A DNA stretch of 63,595 nucleotides, the filler included, from Craspedostauros australis (Eukaryota): the NCBI GenBank assembly GCA_030167865.1. It is 6 parts of 6 records of this genome, joined end to end, with 100 filler letters (N's around TTAATTAATTAA, not from the genome) between each part and the next. Parts side by side here need not be neighbours in the genome. Positions count along the whole stretch, not along the records: positions 1 to 30,943 come from JALAGF010002668.1; positions 31,044 to 34,603 come from JALAGF010002682.1; 4 more parts are not named here. One strand, given 5' to 3'. Positions 22,725-34,703 of the stretch are shown here, one piece after another (the first letter of the stretch is position 1; every line of letters begins with the position of its first letter). Made by a program: the position numbers and the translations under genes. The notes beneath the pieces were generated by a model. That model did no database searches. It had not been told where the DNA came from and saw nothing but the letters and a program-made list of their open reading frames with translations.

Positions 22725-24067
22725 GAATGGCGAAGGCGAACGCTGCGATACTCGTGAATGCGCTGCCGCGTTCTTGTGCAGAATGGGTCCCATGGTTCTC
22801 CCTGTTCGTGCTCGGATTATGCGTGGCGATGGTGACAACGATGGTGATAACGATGATGCCAATTGGCGCTGATCCTGCTGGGAATGCCGCTGGTGATAGA
22901 GTGACGATGGCGGCAACGGTGATGATGATTTTGATCGTGTTGCTGACTTGTGCCGAGAATGATGTGCAACGACTTGTGAAGAGTTGTCCACAGCTTCTCA
23001 ACCAGCCGATTGATGAAACGCCGATGATTGCTTCCTCCTCGTATTCCGGAAGTGACGGGAAGCTTCGCCGATTGCAGTTGTACGATTATTGCTGGTTCTC
23101 CCTCGAGTGGCAGCGCCCCACTCGCGTGGTCGTGCACGCAGACTCTTTCTTCTCCCGCCAAAGAGGAAGATTGCCCTCCAAACGCCGACAGATGGGGTGT
23201 CTTGTGCCGCAACACTCCCAATCGATGGCCGAAAATTATCCGTGGAGATGGATCGTCGTTGTCTCCCAACTTTCCTGTTCTATCTGATCTGTCAAAGATG
23301 CAGCATGCAATGCGATGTATTTTGCGAGTAGAGCAATAGAGTAGCTCGGATACACTCACTCCATCGTTCGCAAGGCGTTTGTGTGGTACGACCTACGACC
23401 ACGTATGGGATGGGATGGCACCAACAGAGAGACAGGACATGACGCGACGGAATGTTGGTGGACATCAGGAGACTGCAGCGTGTGTGACGAGAAACCATCA
23501 CAAGAACAACATGACATCTGCCGATCCTGTCTTTGCGACTCGTTGAAGATGGGGATTTGCTCCAGCTGACGTCATCATGTCGTCACGTGCCAGCTGGTAC
23601 GACACGAAATACGGGATCGAGGCGCTCCAATCGTGGAAAAAGCAACCAGTAGTCCACGCAACACGGATGCGTCCCGCGCTCAGCAGATCCGCCGTCCACT
23701 CGCGAGGAATGCTCGAGGCAGCAGCAGTTGCTGCAAGTAGAGTTTGGAAACAACAGGACACTCCTTGCATGCCAACAGAAAGGTATAATAGAAAGCATGA
23801 TGCTTCATATTGTAATGCATTAATCGTAAATATCATCGTACTCATATGTATCCGTACCAACGCCAACATCTTCCACCCGGCCATTCGCAGTGCGTGTTGA
23901 GTCTGCACCGCGATGCACACGAGGAGCGTGATCATTGATCTGTCATCCTGTGTCATACCATACGCCCCATGCAAGTTTGCATGTTATGGTTCTGTTGAAT
24001 TCATGTCCGAGCACGAGTGCACAGTGTTGCATGTTGGCGTTGCTGATCTCTCTCTCTCTCTCTCTCT

Positions 24068-27000
24068 CTAAGACCAATACAAGTGAGTGACCTTGAACTC
24101 CTTGCAGCCCTTCATGCGAAGGCCGACCTGGACGTCCTTGACGGCGCCGCCGTTGAAGGTGGGTTCGTCCAGCAATGTGACGAGTTCAACTACGCGCTGC
24201 GCTTGTTTGCGGATGCCGGTGTTGAGTGGATTCGGGTTTTCGGCTGTGGCGCCGGTGAATTGGGTGCGATCAAACGACTGCACGGTGCCATCGATGGAGA
24301 CCTCGAAGAGGAAATCGTCGCAGTACGGTTCTGGTCCAGGCTTTCCCAATCTGCGATGGGTGTCGGGTTCATCTCCATTCCACAGCTGGTCTTCTCTCTC
24401 TTCCGCTTCCATCATCAATCGGCGTTCGTCGTTTTCATTGTTAATACTGGTCCAAGCCTTCGTCTTTGTCGCCTCGTACTTCCAATGCCAGGTCTCGAGC
24501 TTCACGACAATGAACCCGTTCTCCACTTTGGGGATGTTGAAAAGCATCCAGCCGCTCTTGCCGTCCATCAGCACGCCGCCACGGTCGTCGTTGTGTCCGT
24601 ACAAAATGCAATCGAACTTTGCGTCTCTCTTGCAGAATGAATCCAGCGTGCCGTCGCAAAATCCGGACGGGAATATGGAGACGTGTCCCTTTCCAGGTTT
24701 CTGGGTCATGGTGTCGAGTCCGGTGACCGTGTTGTCGTAAAAGTCCCCGTCTTGCGGGCGCAGAACAGGGCGGAAAGGCGGGCCGTTCGCCACGATGTTG
24801 AGCACGTCGACCTCGCCGGCTGGGGGATAGATCAGTGGGTTGAACACGTCCGGTGGTTGGTACGCAACCGGCGGTGGTGGGTCGATGAATTCGCGCTGCT
24901 CTTGCGGCATGATGGCTCGCAGCGATGTTTGGTCAGGGCGTGTGCGGGGCGTGAATTCGGTCCGTCCCTGTTGTTTGTTCGTGCACATGATGGGTGGAGA
25001 GATGGAAGTTGGCAAAAGACGTGGACGAACAAGTGATGTGCCATTCGTGACGTGATCAACCACAAAGAGAACGCAGAGGTGAGATCAACAGTGGGGAACA
25101 CGCCGCAAAGCGATCGAAGGAGGCCACCTTGCCGACAAGTAGAGTGCCTTCACTTGTAGATGCGGTACACCCGCAAGCATCTCCATGAATCCAAAAGTCC
25201 ACAACTCCACGAGTCAATCAAATCAATCCGTTGATGACCTTACCTTCATTGGAAGACTGCAAAACTTTCCTATCCCATTGGCATTCATGCCATTGCACTG
25301 GACGGTTCCTTCTGGCATCTCGTTCACCTTCTTTTTCATGGCGGCATAGTAGGCGGTGACGTGCCATGCATCATCCTGGAGCACGAAATCAGGGATCTGG
25401 CTCCATTCGTCCAGAACTTCGTGTAGAGCCTTGAGGATGGTGAAGGCGAGAATTCTGCCGATGAGTTGGTGATAGCGATTGCCAGGATGCCAACCGGCCC
25501 GTCCGCCTGGCGCTGGGCGTTGGCTTGCGGGATTCCAATCTTCACGGTGGATCCAGCACGTGCCATTGTACTTGTTGCCGCCGCAATGCTCAGCATTGAT
25601 ATCCGGGCCGCATTTCAAGTATCGCGCAGCCCAGGCGACATTGTTCAGCTCCTCCAAAGTGTTTGGAGATGGAAGTCCGATCTGAGCATTTCCCGGGTAA
25701 CCAACGTCAACATCAGCATGCTCAGCCAAGGGTTTCAAAATGCCAGGAGGGAAGTACCATAGAGCGGGCACCTTGATGCCACCGAGAAGGCCCTGTCGGG
25801 CCATGATGTCGATGTCGGCACCTGACTTTTCGGTCATTCCGGAGTCCTTTCGTGTGCAATAACGCAGTGTTGGTGGCGGATTGCATTGCGTTGCATTACG
25901 TTGGACGATAGCGTGTGATTGTCAAGACAAGAGGTGCAGAGAGAGAGAGAGAGAGCGAGAGAGGGAATGGTTGAAACGTGAGATGAAGAGTACATGGGGA
26001 AAGAAGCAGCAACATTCACATTCTCGAAGAGCAAGCTCATGCATCGTATGTGTGGAGCAATGCTTGTGTTCATGTCATCTCATCGACGCATTGCGAGTGG
26101 CGAGATGCACATGGTAACGCCGCACTCGTGCATACTAGTACCAGTGCCAGCACAGGTAGACATGAGTAGGCACGGAGCACTTACCCACATGAGGATATCA
26201 ACATCTGGACCGTAGAGGCTCCCGGCAGCAATGCCGTTTTGCAGAGTGCCAAGACCACCGTTTCCAAAGTTCCTGGATTCGTGCTTGATTCCAAGGCGGG
26301 CGAAGATGGGCTCCAAGATCCACGCGACTTGAAGGCTGTACGACTGGGAGAAATGATTTCTGGAGGCAGGACGAGTTCGATGTTGTCGCAATGTGTTGTG
26401 TATCGTGCATATGTAGTGCATGGTCGTGAGGAAGGAGAGAGAGAGAGAGAGAAAGACATAGTGTGTGAGATGGGAGGCATACCATTGTGATGTGCAACCT
26501 CCGGCATGGCGCATATGTAGCACGAGTAGCACTCTCTGGTTGTACATGGGACAGAAACCAATCGTCCGTATGTCGACTTACCCGTGGCCTGCAGCAGCAG
26601 AGTGACCCCCCATGGCGAAGACGAAGGAATCTTCCGTGACCAACGAATGCAGCAATCTTCGCTTGATTCCGCTCCAGCTCCTTGGAGTTGACCATCCTCC
26701 CCCATCAAGGCCTGGCATGGCATTGGTTGCGCTCAAGTCTGCGTCTGGAATCATGCTGATTTGGAACATCTTGGCTCGTTCCTCGAAGGTACCGCCGGAT
26801 CCGTCCTTGACGCCATTGCCATACTCAGACAAGATGGCTTCCATGGCGCGCATGGCCAGAGCCTTGCCTTCGTTCAGGTAGTGGGTCATGTAATCCGAGT
26901 TCTTCTGCCATGCGTTGGCTGGCAAGTCTGCCCATGGGAAGTCGCGGTGCTCGTACTTGGCGTAAAACTCCCTCATGGCAGCCTTCGGACGCAGCGGCTC

Positions 27001-27537
27001 ATCGTCCCAGGTCCAGGTGCCATACTCGGCGCGAAGCTTGGTCCTTTCTTCATGCGTGATTGGTTGCGCGCGGCTTTTGTACGTCCAGCAGTCCTTGTCA
27101 TCGCATGCCTCGTTGGAGACAGCAGCCTGCTCCGTGGCAGGGGTGTTTGCTGGCACCGTGGCTGCTGCATTGGGTCCAGCGGCTGGCTCCGATGCCGGAG
27201 CTTCGGCTGGATTGTCGGCCGGAGTCCCACCACCAGCAGCAGCGGCTTTGTTGGCGTCGCTGTCACTCGCAGTGGCGTTCTTCTTCCATTGGATGATGCC
27301 GTCCATGCTCTTGCTGTTGGAGGAGTCCTTGCTGACTCTGATCTCCAGGGAATCCGTCAGCAGCAGCGCAATGACGCCCATGAGGATGCAGATGACCGCC
27401 TTCCATCCTCCGCCAAGGCCGCCACCAGCACCGCCCCGCAAGGCAGGCAGCAATGATGGATGCACGCGGATCAGGCCATCCACCTCCTCTCCCAGATCGC
27501 TGCCGTGGCGTCTCCTTTCTCGCTTTCCGGCCGCCAT
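24068..27537 (-). CDS. Diatom-type type II membrane protein with SGNH/GDSL-like motifs, about 877 aa; exons 27537-26582, 26359-26185, 25846-25244, 24967-24068
   Basis: Three GT-AG introns join four ORF pieces in frame (total 2634 bp). Splicing rebuilds the junction motifs GGHSAAAGHG|NHF, W|DSGMTE and K|GRTEFTPR. Also GNGG, GWHPG and an N-terminal TM anchor (AVICILMGVIALLL). Confidence 0.82.
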
Positions 27538-28287
27538 GGTTCCTTCGCTCTAGCTCGTCGAGTGGAGAGTTGTCTCGTCTCAGTGATGGTCCTCTTGCTG
27601 CTCGATGGGCAATTGCCGCGCAGTTCTTTTGTGCGAAGATGGACCTCTCTGCCTCTCGCCATGATCGTGTGGGGGCACTTGCGCGCAACATCACGAGAGA
27701 TTCATCAACACGCAGTAACAACAACACACGACAAAGATTTCGGGGAGAACAACACGGACAACTTCCGCGTCGTGTCGATTTGGTGATGACCGTTGTAACC
27801 GATCCCGCGGGACAACAGCGACATACACGAAATCCGTAATATGACGTCATCAACTCGTCATTCAATGAAGACCAACACGGCTACTATCTCTAGAGAGAGA
27901 GAGAGAGAGAACAAGTCGACACGCCCAAACAAGCAAGCAAGCAACCAAACAAAGATGAACAAGGGTAGCTGATCCACCCCAAGCATCACAACATGATATC
28001 TTGCGACCTTGGTAAATCAACGCAATACCTGCAAGCAAAAGCCTTCCATGATCTGTTCGCATCGTTTGCTTTGTGTGTTGTGGCTAGTGTACGATTATTG
28101 GAGAACAGCACTGTCATAATATGTAGAATCAATGTGGAGCACACAACTGTTCCATTCAATGGATCGTTGTGTGGGTGGGTGTGAGAGAGGCAGCGGTGCT
28201 CCCTGTGTCGGTGTCATCATCTCCGCCGCAATCGTTGCTGTTGCGAGGATGGCGCCTCTCGGGCTTGTTGCTGTGAACGGTAGGGAT

Positions 28288-29119
28288 TTACTTGCTCGAT
28301 TTGCTGGACTTGCCTCCCTTGCCTTTGCCCCCCTTGCCTTTGCCTTTGCCTTTGCCAGGCGCCTTCGTGGACTTGCCCGCGGAGGCATTTCGCTGCCGAA
28401 GGCGGTTCTCTATTCTCTGGCGTTCGTCGGCATCGTCTTCTGGCTTGGGATTGCGCCCGCGGACATCGTCGTTGTTGTCGCTCACTTGCGACGACTGCTG
28501 GAGAATGCGCTCCCAGAATCTGTCGGTCTGTGCAGTTGGTGTGAATCGGGAGATGGGTATGTGACAGAGCGTACGGAGGAGAGTAAAGTAGAGTAGAATA
28601 GAGTAGAACAATCAAGTGTCAGCGAATGTTGGTTCGGACGCAGAATGAGCACAGACACTCCAGTCGTTGTACCGTGGATCATATTCAATACAGCGTGCTG
28701 TTGGTATCTCATTGCGCACTCACCTGCTGGTCATTGGCGATCCTCTCGTCTTCGTCCACGATGAACAGATGCTTTCTGGCGCCAGTGACCTCGCCCTTGC
28801 GCTCGTGCTTTTTGCCACCCCGCTGTAGGTTCAGACAATGGAAACGACGACGAAGAAGAACAAGAGGCGAAGAGACGGAGTTGAACGATTGACGAGAATG
28901 TGAGTGCGTTGTGTTGCAGGTATTGGCGATCTATCAATTTTGGAGGGAGGATTGCGGGCGAAGTGCAGAGTAATGCACGAGTGTTTTCACTTGATGTACC
29001 TTGCCGGGGTCTTCGGCGTTTCGTCGGCGACGAACGCCTGGAGCGTTTCTCGAATCGACCGTCGTGAGGTGGGCTGCGATCGCGAGCAGGATGATTGCGG
29101 TTCTTTTGAGTGGCATCAT
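28288..29119 (-). CDS. Small secreted silaffin-like protein, 152 aa; exons 29119-29000, 28822-28724, 28527-28288
   Basis: Two phase-0 introns (AAG|GTACAT...ACAG and CAG|GTGAGT...ACAG). Spliced product has a signal peptide (MMPLKRTAIILLAIAAHLTTVDS), an FWERILQ processing-type site and the tail KSTKAPGKGKGKGKGGKGKGGKSSKSSK. Confidence 0.78.
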
Positions 29120-30943
29120 TTTGTCTGTGTCGAGTGCTGTATATTATGGTTTGGTTTGGTTTCGTTGTGTCGGATGGTTCCTAACTGGGTTGAATCTGAC
29201 TGCTGGATTGAATGTTTGAGTATGCGATTGCTGATGGCTGATCTTCAGTTGTGGCCTGTTGACTTGTGTGAAGTTATGATTCGTGATCGTGTTGATAGGC
29301 TGATTGGATTGGATTGGATTGGTTCAGTTGATAGTTGACTCTTTCTGTTGTTGTTCAAGGTAGAATTGTGAGTTCACTACCATTGGCATCGTCTCAACTG
29401 TTCATTCTTCATCGGCTCCTCGTTGCCTCTTCTCTCTCTTGCGTCGATACATCATCGGTATGCGTTGTTTCGGTTTGCTTGTTGGTGGGGTTTGTTGTGT
29501 TGGCGGAATGGCAAAAGTTGGAAAATGTGAAGGGAACAGACCGTTACAGAGACAGCCAAGACGTTGTTTTCAGAACGAGCAACATAATTAGCACTGTCAC
29601 ATACGACATGCCGGCCGATCGAGTTGGATCGTGGATTGGTGCTTGCCGAAAACAATGCACGCCCAACAACGGTTTTCTTTCTCGGAACAATTAATAAAAC
29701 GTCATGCGCAAGTCGCGCTGGTGACAGCGTGCGCAGCTGAATTCGTTTATCCGCAACAACGCCAACGAGTTCCGAAACCGATTGCGCAATCCGTACCGAC
29801 AACGAGTTCCAACAACAAGTTCGCAAAATGTATCGCGGTCACAAAGAGCGAAAGGGAAGCAAGCGATGCAACACGTGAGACGAGAGGACGTTGTTCTCTT
29901 TGGGGTAGCCCGTACGGCTGTTGGTGAAGAGATGACAGTGCGGCTCTTGGTTGAGCCTCCTGCCGACGCTCTGTCATTTCTTTCATGTGTGTTGCCGCAC
30001 GCTTGGATTTTTCAAAACATCTGCTCGGGAAGCGCGGTAAAGTCTCTTTTTGCGTCGATTTTCGCTTTGTTCACGCTTGGGGTTTGTTGTGCGGTTTTTG
30101 GGTCTGTCGAGTCATGCGCTCATGGGACTACTAGAGCACGCCTTTCCCGTGTCGACATGACGTCGCGCTGATTTGCGTTCGTGGTTGCGATGTCGCACAC
30201 TGTTCGCACATGCCAACGATGTCCCCTTTCCTCGTTCCACCCTGTTGTGTCTGTGCCAACACATCCCCATCCCAGACCCACGACACAACACGACATGGCA
30301 TCAATGCAGTCACACAATTGCTTTCCCTCTTTGGAAAGAAGTGGCTGATCTGCAATCATCATTCGTGTTCTCCCCTCCCCTTGCTCAGGTAACTTTCGTA
30401 CTTGTCCGATCGGTTCCTTTTCGCACCGTCGTTGATTACCACAGAGCGCTCCTCCAACCACAAGCTGTCCGTTGTCCTGCTAGCCTACTGAACTTCGTGT
30501 CATCAACTGTCACACTCTGCACCGGGAGCAGCGCCATTCCTCCACGTTCCTGTATTAATGCGCGCTACGTTGTTGTGTGATCACTGTCGTGGTCGTGTCC
30601 ATTGTCGGAGGTGGTGAACCCACCCCCGTCCAACGTTTGTTTGGCTGTGCGGCTCAGGTGCTCGTTGGTGATTCTCTGGGTTCTTCGTATGACAAAGTGG
30701 GACTCTCTTCAGCGAGCGTTGGTGTCTGGCAGTCTTCTTTCTTGGGGGTGTTGCCACGAGGGCACAAAATTCGCTTTGCGTTCCTCACGATGCTTGTCCA
30801 GTGCGTCCGAGATGCAAACTCAGAAAATAGTATTTACAACGTCAAACAACGGAACATGGCGCTTTCCCGAATACCCCATCAGTGCAATTGTTTGCTTGCT
30901 CTTTTCAAACCAGGACACCAACCACGCGCAAACTCAACAGACA

Positions 30944-31043
30944 NNNNNNNNNNNNNNNNNNNNNNNNNNNNNNNNNNNNNNNNNNNNTTAATTAATTAAN
31001 NNNNNNNNNNNNNNNNNNNNNNNNNNNNNNNNNNNNNNNNNNN
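30944..31043. other. Artificial 100-bp assembly spacer
   Basis: N44-TTAATTAATTAA-N44; the core gives stops in all six frames. Confidence 0.97.
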
Positions 31044-31044
31044 C

Positions 31045-31191
31045 AAGTATCACTTCTTCTGGTACTGGGTGAAACAGTCCTTCATCGTCATCAAGTACGT
31101 GGCCAGCACAGATCAAGTCGCCGACATATTCACGAAGGGGCTTGCCCACGACCTATTCATCAAGCTCAGGAAGCTGTTGATGGGTTGGTGA
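31045..31191 (+). mobile_element. pol: Ty1/Copia (CoDi-type) pol C-terminus, RNase H end, fragment
   Basis: Translation KYHFFWYWVKQSFIVIKYVASTDQVADIFTKGLAHDLFIKLRKLLMGW*: Copia ADIFTK motif and LMGW-stop ending. Truncated by the spacer. Confidence 0.9.
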
Positions 31192-31294
31192 CGGTGTGCC
31201 TCGCCTCAGGGACTCCCTTCTCACNNNNNNNNNNNNNNNNNNNNNNTACAACATGAGGCCCTGGACGTCCGACAGCAGGACACTCTTCGGAGTT

Positions 31295-31435
31295 TCCTTG
31301 TAATCGGATTAGTCCAATTTGACAATTTCCCCCCAAAAATATTTGGTCTTGGTTTTCTCACGACTGTCCGCCAACGCGAAGCGCGTACCCCTGGGTACGA
31401 ACCAAGACCAAGTGAAAATTATCAAGCTACAAGGG
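31295..31435. repeat. Nested inverted repeat forming a branched (Y-like) hairpin
   Basis: Stem TTGGTCTTGGTT 31343-31354 / AACCAAGACCAA 31400-31411. Inner arms CGC-GAA-GCG 31375-31383 and CGTACCC-CT-GGGTACG 31384-31399. Outer imperfect stems 31319-31328/31416-31425 and 31295-31302/31428-31435. Confidence 0.6.
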
Positions 31436-32816
31436 ATTGGAGACTACCAATCACAGATGCCTGTCAAGAGGTTCATTGCAGCTTATGTTGAATCACAAGA
31501 GTGATTGCATCGAACTGCAAAGACTGCTTGGCTGTAAGATCCCAGCCCTTGACATGATTAGCATGATAGAAGAAAGGGTCATGCCCAACAGCTCTCTGCT
31601 GCTCAGCAACGAACCAAGATCAACAGGAGAACATGAGATGCTTGAAGGATCGATACATTGCAAGAAAGGAGTGAAACAAGGCACACAGCCAAGTGTCTTG
31701 CTCTGCAGAGAGCACAATGATGTCTGCAGGAAATCTCCTGCAAACAACACTGCCAAGAAACATGTCCTGCATGATTGTTGTCTCTTCATTGTCTTCATCA
31801 TCTTCTTCATTATCTTCATCATCAACTTAATCATAAAATGCAAAAGTTCACATCTCAAAACACTCTTCAAACACAGTACAGATCAATTGCATTCACTCTC
31901 GTCTTCCCATCGTAACTCTGACATCAAACGACTTCACCAGTCGGTCCGAGTTGCAACATTGAACGCTTGCTCAAGGCAACGCAACAAACAATTTTCTCAC
32001 AGCAACAAAAACACAAAGTCCGTCCCTATTGTCAACAACAACAACAACAACAACAACGATCCAATCCGGATTTGTTCCATCTACGGGGACATCTCGGACA
32101 CGCGAACTGACGAAATTTAACTGGAACGATTGGCAGCCCTGGTTGCTCTTGGGGATTGTTTCATTGGAGATGTAGGGGGTGAAATGATGCCACACAGTTT
32201 GCCACCACCCTTCTCACTTGTTAGAACACAGATGAAAGTGGGTACTTACCTCAAAATTGGGAGTGATCAAGTCCGTCGATGAAGTAGAGTGAAACTGTGT
32301 GATAGTGTTGTTGTGCTCTGAGTGGTTAATTGATGTTAGATGGTATGTAAGCTGGCCCAATTCAGAACTGTTGGAGTCTGAATTGTGAGCAGATGGAGAA
32401 GAAAATGATGAAAATGATGTTGAGGCAACATGTGTCTGCAACACACAGCAGAACATGAAGTGCAGTGCATGAATTGTAGTGCATGAAGTGCAGAGCATGA
32501 AGATGTTGTCGAGTTTGGAAGACTGAGGAGGTTCATGGCACCTCCAAGACTGATCTTGCTTCTTGGAACAACAATGATGCATGCAGCAAATCCGATCATT
32601 GCAGACATGCGATCTTGCCGAATTTGGTGGGATTGCTGAGCTCGTATCTGAGCCAAGATGCTCAGGTACATTCACTCATCAAGACAGTAGACATGTATGT
32701 TCATGTGCACATAAGGAGGATGACAGGCAGGGCCTGACATCCATCCTTCAACTCATTACCATCTTCAGATACCAAGACAGGTATCTGGACGCCGTCGAGA
32801 GTTGCGGGAAATGGGA

Positions 32817-34603
32817 TCAACAGAGAAAGAGAAAACGGTTCATGACCAAAAGTCTCATGTGTGACCTGACGCAGTCTACGGAGAACAAGATTAGACATAG
32901 ACTAAGGTGAATATAGACTTTTGATCTGATATCACTGTCAGTATCATGATTTTCTATCACTTCATGGATGGCTTCATGTGAAGGTGCAGACACATTGCTC
33001 ATATCAATCACCACAGACTTGCTTTGATGATTTGCATCAGGGGAGCAGCCTGTGGACTCATTGTCAGAATCAGGATTCCAAGTTGCAGCAGAGTTGGATG
33101 CTGACTCCATATGCACAATCCACTCCTCCTTGTCTGTGCAGTTGTCCCCTTCACTTGAGGAAGACTCCATCTCATCACTGCTGGTGTCCTTCTCACACCT
33201 GGACTTCATGATCTGCTTCTGTTGGGGAGCATGCTTGGATTCTGGTGCTTTGGCAACACCCTGACTTGGCTGCTTCATGTCATCATCAGATGAATCCCAT
33301 TGAGGTCCTGCAATGGATTCAAGAGCTGCCCTTGATGCTCTGGCAAAAGCAGCATCTGCCAGTGGTGTCCCCAGAGCTGAAGGGGTAGGTTTGGGAGCTC
33401 TGGCAAGTGTAGGAGCTTTCTTGGGTGACAAGGTGAAGGTAGGTAGCTCTCTGAGGACTGCAGGGGTTGGCTTGGGAGTGATGGCAAGTGTAGGAGCTGT
33501 GTTGGGGGAAAGGGTGAAGGGAGGAACTTCTTTGCTGGACCTGGAGATTGAAGAAGTTGTCAGTGTTGCTTTGGCAACATTCTCTTCCTCCTCTTCCTTC
33601 TCATCATCTGAAGACTTCCATCCAGGCCCTCCTTCACACACTCTTAGCGGCTCCTCATGATCATCCTCATCTGAAGACTCATAGATAGGGGCTCTGGCTT
33701 GCTCAAGATCCTCTTCTTCCACATCCTCTTCATCAGAAGACTCATACACAGGTTGCTGTGTCTGGTCCTCCAGCCTGGCATGTGGGCCTGCTTCAAAAAA
33801 GACTGCCTCATCAATATCCATAGCATCACACTTGGCCTGGTCAATCGTCATCACTTGGGCATCTGACAGTTTGATTGCATCATATTGGGTGGCCCCAATC
33901 ATGGCAATTCCCTCAGCACGAATTGAGAGCCTGCCCTTGGCTGCCTGGATGAAGAGCTTCACATTTGTTGACTCCAAGACATCAAACTTTGTCTTGGGCC
34001 TGGATGAGAGTTGCCTGACCTCCTTGTAGTGAAGCCTTGGCAACTGGAAGTAGTTCTGCATGTGGTGACTGGCTTCAAATTTGGCACCTTCTGCAAGCTT
34101 GGAGAGCTTCTCGATGGTGAGCTCTCCAGTTGCAAGCAGGAGCCTGAGTCCTCTGCCAATACCCTGGTTGGAATGTCGTTCCTTGGGTGAAGCCACTGCT
34201 CTTCCAATGGCAAGGATGCCGTCCCCAAGAATATCCATCTTCCTCATTCTCCTGGATATGGTCACAACCAGATGGCAGGGCAACCCTTCTCCCTTCAGCC
34301 CCTCAAATGTGATGCTGGTTGGCTTCTCTGGGTCCAACCAGTTCACCATGTTGATGACCTCCTTATTCAACTCATCAAAGAGTGCACAGGAGCTCTTGGT
34401 CATGTATGGTCTCACAATTGGCTCCATCTTTCCCTTCAACTCTGGGTGTAGTTGTTCCACTGTAAGCTCCTGCATGGAGTCTATCTGTCCCACATACATA
34501 TCAGCCCTGTCCGACAGGCTTCTGAAGTATAGCCTCAGGGCATTGGAAGTGGTAGTGTAGTCGCCAATGATCCTGGCATTTGCAGGGCCCACTGAGATTG
34601 GCT
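32817..34603 (-). CDS. 5'-truncated orphan ORF (>590 aa), strongly CpG-depleted, possibly of mobile-element or viral origin
   Basis: Frame is open up to the spacer (PISVGPANARIIGDY...). Globular-looking N-half, acidic/Pro-rich C-half. By hand I count about 8 CpG in 32881-34603. Confidence 0.6.
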
Positions 34604-34703
34604 NNNNNNNNNNNNNNNNNNNNNNNNNNNNNNNNNNNNNNNNNNNNTTAATTAATTAANNNNNNNNNNNNNNNNNNNNNNNNNNNNNNNNNNNNNNNNN
34701 NNN
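34604..34703. other. Artificial 100-bp assembly spacer
   Basis: N44-TTAATTAATTAA-N44. Confidence 0.97.

Noticed and set aside
30988..30999. TTAATTAATTAA as a piggyBac target site or regulatory motif
   Set aside because: Always centred in an exact 100-bp N block; it is an assembly linker.
31343..31411. Hammerhead ribozyme
   Set aside because: The CUGANGA and GAAA core nucleotides are absent.
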